DNA from: an uncultured Eubacteriales bacterium
GTDB taxonomy: Bacteria > Bacillota > Clostridia > Lachnospirales > Lachnospiraceae
DNA length: 64,000 nucleotides
NCBI GenBank assembly: GCA_963528005.1
Contig: CAURSM010000023.1
Span: 11,211 to 75,210, forward strand
Reading direction: 5' to 3'
Part shown: positions 57,463 to 64,000 of the stretch, piece after piece
Layout: every line of letters begins with the position of its first letter
Numbering within the stretch: the stretch's first letter is position 1
Program-made: the position numbers and the translations under genes
The notes under the pieces: generated by a model
Database searches by the model: none
What the model saw: the letters and a program-made list of their open reading frames with translations, nothing else
What the model was told of the DNA's origin: nothing

Positions 57463-59316
57463 ATGAAAAAGAGATTGATACGCATTATAATAGGCAGCAT
57501 AATTTACTTGATGGCCTTTTTAATCAAACCAGAGATTAGCTGGTTTTCCCCTGCTATGTTTACCATTAGCTATATTATCATAGGCGGGGATATTGTATGG
57601 AAAGCCATACGTAATATTCTTCGAGGCAAGGTTTTCGATGAAAACTTTCTAATGACCGTTGCCACTGTCGGGGCCTTTTGCATACGAGAATTTCCCGAAG
57701 CCGTAGCTGTTATGCTCTTTTATCAGGTGGGGGAATTATTTCAAAGTTATGCCGTATCTCAGTCCAGACGATCGATCTCAGAATTAATGGATATCCGTCC
57801 TGATTATGCCAATCTGGTGATTGAATCAGGAGATACTACCCGTGTGGACCCTGATGATGTAAAAATTGGTGACACAATACTGGTTGCTGCGGGTGAGAAG
57901 ATTCCTTTGGACGGTACGGTAATCGATGGCACTTCCATGATTGACACTTCCGCATTAACTGGTGAATCCGTTCCTAGAGAAGCCGGAGTAGGAAGTGATG
58001 TATTAAGTGGCTGTGTGAATATAAACGGTATTTTAAGAATTAAGGTGACAAAAGAATACGGGGAATCTACCGTAAGTAAGATATTAGATCTGGTTGAAAA
58101 TGCCAGCAGTAAAAAATCAAATTCTGAAAACTTCATTACTAAATTTGCGGCTGTGTATACACCGATTGTTGTAATATCTGCGTTATTGCTTGCAGTAATT
58201 CCACCTCTCGTGATACCAGGAGCCTCTTTTGAACAATGGTTATACCGTGCACTGACATTCCTGGTTGTCTCCTGTCCCTGTGCTTTGGTTATCTCCGTTC
58301 CCCTTAGTTTCTTTGGTGGTATCGGTGGTGCATCAAAAGCTGGCATTCTTGTTAAGGGAAGCAATTACCTAGAGGCACTTGCCCAGACTGAATTAGTCGT
58401 ATTTGATAAAACAGGAACCTTAACCCAAGGAGTCTTTGATGTTCAAGAGATTTATGCTAAGGATATTACAAAAGAAGAATTATTAGCCCTAACAGCTTAT
58501 GCGGAGAGCTACTCCAATCATCCAATCTCTCTTTCTTTAAAAAGAGCTTACGGAAAAGAGATTGACAAAAACCGTCTCAGTAATGTAGAAGAAATCTCTG
58601 GTCACGGTATCATTGCTTCTGTTGACGGGAAAGTAGTGGCTGCTGGAAACAGTAAGCTTATGACAAGGCTTAATATCTCCTACTCAGAAGATGTTGCAAT
58701 CGGAACCGTAGTTCATGTAGCCGTTGATAACAGTTATGCCGGATATATCGTAATCTCAGATAAAGTTAAACCAGATGCGGCTTTGGCAATCAAGACTTTA
58801 AAGGCAGCTCACGTAAAGCAGACAGTGATGCTCACTGGTGATTCTAAGACTGTTGGAGAAAAAGTTGCAAAAGAGCTACAGATGGATCAAGTTTATACCG
58901 AGTTACTACCAGGAGATAAAGTAGATAAGCTAGAAGAATTGTTTACTCATAAATCTGCAAAAGGAAAACTTGCATTTGTAGGTGATGGGATTAACGATGC
59001 TCCTGTTTTAGCTAGAGCTGACATTGGGATTGCCATGGGTGGTTTAGGATCCGATGCTGCGATTGAAGCCGCTGACGTGGTAATTATGACAGACGAACCA
59101 TCAAAACTTGGAACTGCTATTAAAATATCGAAAAAGACACTTGGTATTGTACGGCAAAATATAATCTTTGCCCTGGCTATTAAAATCGGAGTCCTGATTT
59201 TAAGCGCATTTGGATTGGCAACCATGTGGGAAGCTGTCTTCTCAGATGTAGGTGTTTCCGTAATCGCCATCTTAAATGCACTCCGGGCACTGAATGTAAC
59301 AAAACTTAATTCCTAA
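57463..59316 (+). CDS. cadA: heavy-metal (Cd/Zn/Co-type) translocating P1B-type ATPase
   Basis: CPC motif (SCPCAL), DKTGTLT and GDGINDAP. It has no fused N-terminal HMA domain. Confidence 0.85.
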   Translation: MKKRLIRIIIGSIIYLMAFLIKPEISWFSPAMFTISYIIIGGDIVWKAIRNILRGKVFDENFLMTVATVGAFCIREFPEAVAVMLFYQVGELFQSYAVSQSRRSISELMDIRPDYANLVIESGDTTRVDPDDVKIGDTILVAAGEKIPLDGTVIDGTSMIDTSALTGESVPREAGVGSDVLSGCVNINGILRIKVTKEYGESTVSKILDLVENASSKKSNSENFITKFAAVYTPIVVISALLLAVIPPLVIPGASFEQWLYRALTFLVVSCPCALVISVPLSFFGGIGGASKAGILVKGSNYLEALAQTELVVFDKTGTLTQGVFDVQEIYAKDITKEELLALTAYAESYSNHPISLSLKRAYGKEIDKNRLSNVEEISGHGIIASVDGKVVAAGNSKLMTRLNISYSEDVAIGTVVHVAVDNSYAGYIVISDKVKPDAALAIKTLKAAHVKQTVMLTGDSKTVGEKVAKELQMDQVYTELLPGDKVDKLEELFTHKSAKGKLAFVGDGINDAPVLARADIGIAMGGLGSDAAIEAADVVIMTDEPSKLGTAIKISKKTLGIVRQNIIFALAIKIGVLILSAFGLATMWEAVFSDVGVSVIAILNALRALNVTKLNS

Positions 59317-59319
59317 TGG

Positions 59320-59356
59320 AAACAGCGCCTGTGCTTTCGCAGCAGGCGCTGTTTTT
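59320..59356. terminator. bidirectional terminator between the ATPase and ArsR genes
   Basis: AAACAGCGCCTG-TGCTTTCGCAG-CAGGCGCTGTTTTT. Confidence 0.7.
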
Positions 59357-59720
59357 ACTTTTTCTGGTGCTTTACATGAATCAAAGCATTCTCTATTATC
59401 TCAAAAACATGTTCATCGTCTAATGTATAGTATACAAATTTCCCGTCTTTCCTTGATTTCACCTGACCAGACATCTTGAGCAATTTTAATTGATGAGAAA
59501 TTGCAGATTTGGTCATATTTAAAATCACTGCCAAGTCATTTACACACAACTCACTTTTTGACAATGCGTACATGATTTTAATTCTGGTATCATCACCAAT
59601 TAATTTAAAGAATGACGAAAGAAGTGAAATACAGTTGTCATCTTCCATCTCCGCTTTCACCTTGTCTGCTAATTCCTCATTAATTGCCTGACAATCACAC
59701 TTATTGATTGAATCTCCCAT
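59355..59720 (-). CDS. ArsR/SmtB family metalloregulator
   Basis: The wHTH contains ELCVNDLAVILNMTKSAISHQLKLL, and the N-terminus has a Cys pair (CDC). Confidence 0.85.
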   Translation of the reverse strand: MGDSINKCDCQAINEELADKVKAEMEDDNCISLLSSFFKLIGDDTRIKIMYALSKSELCVNDLAVILNMTKSAISHQLKLLKMSGQVKSRKDGKFVYYTLDDEHVFEIIENALIHVKHQKK

Positions 59721-59842
59721 GCTGCACCTTCTCTTTACACCTTCTAAGTTTAATAGTTTTAATTATACTTAGCCACAAGCCAGAACGTCAAGCCTGTTTT
59801 CATAAAATAAGCAATCTATACAACCAGAACACTGTGAGCTTC

Positions 59843-60418
59843 TTAAAAATCTTCACTTAAGAGGTAGACTGCACCGGTAACTTCAGTCTGTGTATCATAA
59901 TTAACGGATATAAAACCAGTTTTATATTTGAAATGCATGTCGCCATTTTTATCGCTGATTGGTTCTCCAAACGCAGTCTTAAATTTTTCTATCTTATCAC
60001 CGATTTTTGCACCATTGAAATCAATGTCTTTTGAATCAAAGAAAATCTGACTGACGGCACCAGTATCCGCATGAAGCCACACTCGAATCCCTGCCTTTTC
60101 AAATTCCATACCACCTTCGTCAATTGTATTAGGCTCCTCGTTCATGGTCTTAATAAAATCCTCTTTACCAGTACCTAGTAAAGTAAAATATGTTTTAAAA
60201 GAAGAGGCTTCTGTATCTGAAGAAGGCTTTGAGTCAGAAGTAGATGATTCTGATTCGGTTTCAACAACAAGAGGAGACTGAGTCGTGGACTCCTTGCTGC
60301 TGCTCATTGAACTGCTTTGGTCAGGACCTGAGGAACTTGAGCAACCTGTTATTAAAATAAGGCTTAACATCGTAACTACGGCTAATTTAACTTTTTTATT
60401 ATTATATTGTCTTTTCAT
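59843..60418 (-). CDS. lipoprotein of unknown function
   Basis: It has a signal peptide with the lipobox LITGC, followed by a Ser-rich linker. Confidence 0.65.
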   Translation of the reverse strand: MKRQYNNKKVKLAVVTMLSLILITGCSSSSGPDQSSSMSSSKESTTQSPLVVETESESSTSDSKPSSDTEASSFKTYFTLLGTGKEDFIKTMNEEPNTIDEGGMEFEKAGIRVWLHADTGAVSQIFFDSKDIDFNGAKIGDKIEKFKTAFGEPISDKNGDMHFKYKTGFISVNYDTQTEVTGAVYLLSEDF

Positions 60419-60435
60419 AATAATTCTCCTTCATT

Positions 60436-60981
60436 CTATTCTTTTGTATTTGGACTAAAACGTTTTATACCAATAAAAACCAATGCTCCTATGAAAGAAC
60501 CTATGATAGCTGCCCCTAGAACATCGCTGGGAAAATGAACAAATAAATATAGCCTTGAAAAGGCAATCAGGCAAGCCAATGGGATTGCAATATATCCAAA
60601 CTTCTTATTGCTCATGGTAAGAATTGTTGCAGCAATGGCAGATGCAAGGGTATGGCCTGACGGAAATGAAAAATCCGTTGGATTTGCTATTAAAAGTGTA
60701 ATCGTTTGTTCAATCCAGTTAGGCCTGGAGCGTTCTATTAGATTTTTAAGAAACAAATTTCCAACAAGAGCTCCTGCTAAAAGTCCTACAAATAGCGTAA
60801 TTCCATACTTTCTATATCGTTTTATACACAGAAAAACGAATGCTGTCAGGATCCAAATAAACCCTTTATCTCCAAGTGATGTGATCTTAGGCATGATATA
60901 ATCCAATGCGGGACAATGAAACGTGTCACGAATCCAATATAAAACTGCCCAATCCATATTTTTAATAAATTCCACCATCAA
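60436..60981 (-). CDS. PAP2 family phosphatase (undecaprenyl-diphosphatase/BcrC-like)
   Basis: Motifs PSGHT and SRLYLFVHFPSDV in a polytopic protein. Confidence 0.8.
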   Translation of the reverse strand: MMVEFIKNMDWAVLYWIRDTFHCPALDYIMPKITSLGDKGFIWILTAFVFLCIKRYRKYGITLFVGLLAGALVGNLFLKNLIERSRPNWIEQTITLLIANPTDFSFPSGHTLASAIAATILTMSNKKFGYIAIPLACLIAFSRLYLFVHFPSDVLGAAIIGSFIGALVFIGIKRFSPNTKE

Positions 60982-61054
60982 TTATGCCTCTACCATCGTA
61001 ATATTTCAAATCTCTAAAAAATATTTTCCTTTCACTCAAGCGGTTATCAATACC

Positions 61055-62362
61055 CTAACGTTCTTTTAATCTCCCGGAAAACAGACGAATGGGTTCAAAC
61101 TCTCTTTTCAACCTTTTGACCATATCATTCTTGGATGAATTTTCAATTAGAATATCACATTGCTCAGGGATACTTCCCAAAATCACACTTTTCTCCATAT
61201 CCAGCATCGCTTTCAACCGTTTTAGCATGTATTCCCGATTTGCATCCTTATGATATATTTTCATATAAGAAAATCCGGGATAATCATGAGACTCATAGGT
61301 GCGTATTTTCAGTTCTCCCGACCAATCCTGTTTCATTAGGTTTTCATATGCCGTCTTGATCTGTCTTGTAGTATCAATCACCATGAGATAAACTACCTTC
61401 TCATACTTGGGAAGCTTTCTATTTACGTAATTGCGTAGAGGATTCTTTCTGAGTTTCTGGTAAATACCCTGTTCCGCCAGATTATCCAGCTTTTCATAAT
61501 AAATGATAAGTGAATCATCAATTACTACATTGGCAAAGTAATTAAGATTATTTTCATTTAACAAATCGATTATTTTTTCAGCCTGATTGTAAGATAAGTC
61601 ATACGTCAAAAGATAGGAATTATCATTGGTATCGTAAAGTGCGGCTCCATCCATAACAATCACCGGTAATTTTAGATTGATTCCGCGGACTGATTCCATC
61701 AAAGTTGCCGGTGTTCTGCCAGTAGAAAGGGTAAATTTCATCCCATTATCAAGGAGCCGGTTTAATTCCACCTTACTATAAGGGGTTAATGTTTCTTCCC
61801 TGGTAAGCAAAGTATCATCTACCCCCGAAACATATAACACATCCAACTGCTTTTTTCTGGGTAAGTGTGCGAAGTTTACAACAATTGCCATGAACACGCC
61901 TATCAAAGTATCTGCCACACGATTCATAACAAATATAAACGGACTGCTGTCCCCCATATGCATCACTGTAATGCTTAAAAATACCACACAGGAAAAATAA
62001 GAGGTATCTTTTTTATTCAACAAAACAGTTGTATACAGAACCACTCCGGTGAACAGGGAAATCATTAGGTAGCTGAATGCACTTTCCTTAAAAATTCCTC
62101 CTCCCCAGTCAAAGATAAGAAGCAAAAGAAGTCCCCATGCAGCACCAATAAACGTACCGAAACACCTTTGCTTTGCCATCTGGGTGCTGCTTTCCTTATA
62201 TGGCTGAATACACTGTAGTACTGCAAGGGCAGAATAAAAGGGAATCCCTTCTTTTCCACGAATATAATAAATAGCAAAACATAAACAAACTCCAAAGACA
62301 GAGCGGTAAATTCTCTGTCCCACTGCCGGCAGCTTCACAGATTTTATGGCCATTTCTTTCAT
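61055..62362 (-). CDS. fusion protein: N-terminal FUSC/aromatic-acid-exporter-like membrane domain plus C-terminal Cof-type HAD phosphatase domain
   Basis: About 170 aa with 5-6 TM helices, then YVSGVDDTLL (HAD motif I-like) and a Cof-like cap region. Confidence 0.55.
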   Translation of the reverse strand: MKEMAIKSVKLPAVGQRIYRSVFGVCLCFAIYYIRGKEGIPFYSALAVLQCIQPYKESSTQMAKQRCFGTFIGAAWGLLLLLIFDWGGGIFKESAFSYLMISLFTGVVLYTTVLLNKKDTSYFSCVVFLSITVMHMGDSSPFIFVMNRVADTLIGVFMAIVVNFAHLPRKKQLDVLYVSGVDDTLLTREETLTPYSKVELNRLLDNGMKFTLSTGRTPATLMESVRGINLKLPVIVMDGAALYDTNDNSYLLTYDLSYNQAEKIIDLLNENNLNYFANVVIDDSLIIYYEKLDNLAEQGIYQKLRKNPLRNYVNRKLPKYEKVVYLMVIDTTRQIKTAYENLMKQDWSGELKIRTYESHDYPGFSYMKIYHKDANREYMLKRLKAMLDMEKSVILGSIPEQCDILIENSSKNDMVKRLKREFEPIRLFSGRLKER

Positions 62363-62580
62363 AATCTATTCCTCCGTCTAAAAGTAGGAAAAAACATTTA
62401 TTTAGCGTACTATATCAGATTTCGGAGAAATTGTCCAATTCTCTTTTGCTATAACCGTAAATGGAGATTTTACGCATAAAATAATCCCTCCAAAGTAGTA
62501 GTACTTTTTACTTATGTACTATCTACCTTAAAGGGATCCTATCAAACGAAATATAGTCATTATACAGTAAATTTCTCTTT

Positions 62581-63180
62581 TTAGTATGCTCCACCATTTA
62601 AAAATTCAATCATCTGCTCTTTTAAAACACCGACTCCGTATACAGCATTCAATTGCGCTTGTCCTAACTTATACGATGGTACTGTATCCAGGTGATTTTC
62701 TTCCCAAGCGTACTTGCTTAATGCCAACTGCCGTTCCTTATAGGTTTCTGAAACCAATGCCTGCCGGAATGCATTTACTTCACCTCCAGCATAAGAAGCA
62801 CAGTCACTCAGGACATCCAGATTTTCAATGTCTTTTCCATCGCGAAATACCGCATTATATACCGCATCATTATAACGTCTGATATCCGCCCCTTGTTCCT
62901 CCAGACATAATAAGCCCTGTATTGCCAAATAGGTATAATTGCCAGTGGGGTACGGGGGATTAATGGTTAATCCGGCACTTTCCAGGCGAGGTTTTAATTC
63001 AAGAAGCCACGGAGCAGATTCCTCCCAGTCATAAAACCGGGGCTCCGGCTGAGGATTGAGTTCACAAGGACTCCATGTTACTGAAAGTTCAGGATAATTT
63101 GGTAACAATTGATTCAATTCATGAAGAGCTAAATAGCAGTATGGACACGTATAATCAAAAAACACTTCCAGTTTCATCAT
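62581..63180 (-). CDS. DsbA-family thioredoxin-fold protein (cytoplasmic)
   Basis: FFDYTCPYCY CxxC motif. No signal peptide. Confidence 0.7.
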   Translation of the reverse strand: MMKLEVFFDYTCPYCYLALHELNQLLPNYPELSVTWSPCELNPQPEPRFYDWEESAPWLLELKPRLESAGLTINPPYPTGNYTYLAIQGLLCLEEQGADIRRYNDAVYNAVFRDGKDIENLDVLSDCASYAGGEVNAFRQALVSETYKERQLALSKYAWEENHLDTVPSYKLGQAQLNAVYGVGVLKEQMIEFLNGGAY

Positions 63181-63310
63181 TTATTCCCTCCTGTTATAGG
63201 CTTTTCTCAATCATAACATAAGCATACAATTAATCAAGTAGGCACATTCAAGTAATATACTTACCAAAGGGTAAGTTTTATGGGATTATTGATTGTGAAA
63301 CTTGCTGAGG

Positions 63311-64000
63311 TCAGGGGTTATCCTTCCCCTCTAACTCATTTTTACAGCTTAATATGGAATATTCCACCATATCACTCACCGCTTCTTCGGTATAAAAAGC
63401 AGTGTGGGGAGTGATGATTACATTGGGCATAGACTGTAATATAGCAAGCTGGCGATTGGATATTACTTTATGTTTCAAATCTTTATAGAAAATTTTCCTT
63501 TCATTCTCTAAAACATCCAAAGCGGCTGCGCCAATTTTCCCAGATTCAAGTCCTTCAATTAAGGACAGAGTATCAATAAGGGTACCGCGGGCGGCATTAA
63601 TGAGAACGACACCTTCCTTCATCTTCTCAATTTCCTTCTGCCCTATCAGGTGTTCTGTCTCTGATAATGCAGGGGCATGAAGTGAAATAACGTCACTTTT
63701 CTGCAGGAGTTCGTCAAAAGATACATAGGTAACAAAGGGTGCAAGTTCTTCTTTCGGATGCAATGTATGCACCAGAATTTTACACCCAAATCCATGGAGC
63801 CGTTCTATTACAGCCGCTCCGATTCTTCCTGCTCCTATGATACCCACGGTACAAGTACGAAGCTCCCGTCCCCGCACATTGGTGAGTGAGAAATCCTGCC
63901 CCAGTCCTCGGATCATAATCGTCTTTACTTTGCGCAGCGCCATTAAAATGAGCATTATCGTATATTCCGCCACACTTGCTGGAGTATAATTGACTGAGGA
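63311..64000 (-). CDS. D-isomer-specific 2-hydroxyacid dehydrogenase (D-lactate dehydrogenase-like), C-terminal part; the 5' end lies beyond the window
   Basis: NAD-binding motif VGIIGAGRIGAAV and a conserved C-terminus (VIITPHTAFYTEEA). The reading frame stays open upstream of the track's internal Met at 63973. Confidence 0.8.
   Translation of the reverse strand, partial: SSVNYTPASVAEYTIMLILMALRKVKTIMIRGLGQDFSLTNVRGRELRTCTVGIIGAGRIGAAVIERLHGFGCKILVHTLHPKEELAPFVTYVSFDELLQKSDVISLHAPALSETEHLIGQKEIEKMKEGVVLINAARGTLIDTLSLIEGLESGKIGAAALDVLENERKIFYKDLKHKVISNRQLAILQSMPNVIITPHTAFYTEEAVSDMVEYSILSCKNELEGKDNP

Overview
This 64-kb window looks like a low-GC, strictly anaerobic Firmicute, probably Clostridia or Lachnospiraceae (inferred from gene content only). 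I call about 52 protein genes, roughly 85% on the minus strand. I saw no rRNA, tRNA, CRISPR array, transposase, integrase or phage genes. Positions 1-29000 form an accessory catabolic region that reads as a flavonoid / C-glycoside degradation island. It contains five parts. (i) A partial operon (6325 down to <1) with an FAD_binding_2 reductase, a NuoG-N/GltD-like Fe-S flavoprotein, a NuoF-like protein that seems to lack its nucleotide motifs, an iron-sulfur flavoprotein-like FMN reductase and a TIM-barrel sugar isomerase. (ii) A DgpA/DgpB/DgpC-like C-glycoside deglycosidase cassette with a GPH symporter. (iii) Two tandem AraC regulators fused to GH39-like domains that have lost the NEP acid/base motif. 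(iv) A phloretin/DAPG-hydrolase-like gene with an MFS exporter and a TetR regulator. (v) A tightly packed 12-gene minus-strand unit (28961 to 18656): P-loop NTPase, four-subunit 2-oxoacid:ferredoxin oxidoreductase, Ptb, Buk, LVIVD beta-propeller, a second FMN-reductase paralog, a small membrane protein, a bacterial chalcone isomerase homolog and an MFS transporter, with a divergent LysR gene upstream. The rest of the window is mostly housekeeping or accessory genes. These are an orphan OadB-type Na+ pump subunit next to a PRTase-like protein with a degenerate PRPP loop, and a candidate orphan small transcript. Next come TetR with a ferredoxin-nitroreductase, a BusR-regulated Opu osmolyte ABC transporter and a lone CooS. 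The remainder is a LicT/RAT-controlled PTS operon with a beta-glucuronidase between its EIIBC and EIIA genes plus a GH1 6-P-beta-glucosidase. The right end carries a cell-wall module (NlpC/P60, VanW, two-component system), a Cd/Zn P-type ATPase with an ArsR regulator, and a partial D-2-hydroxyacid dehydrogenase at the right edge. All functions come from motif and family recognition by eye. No database search was run.
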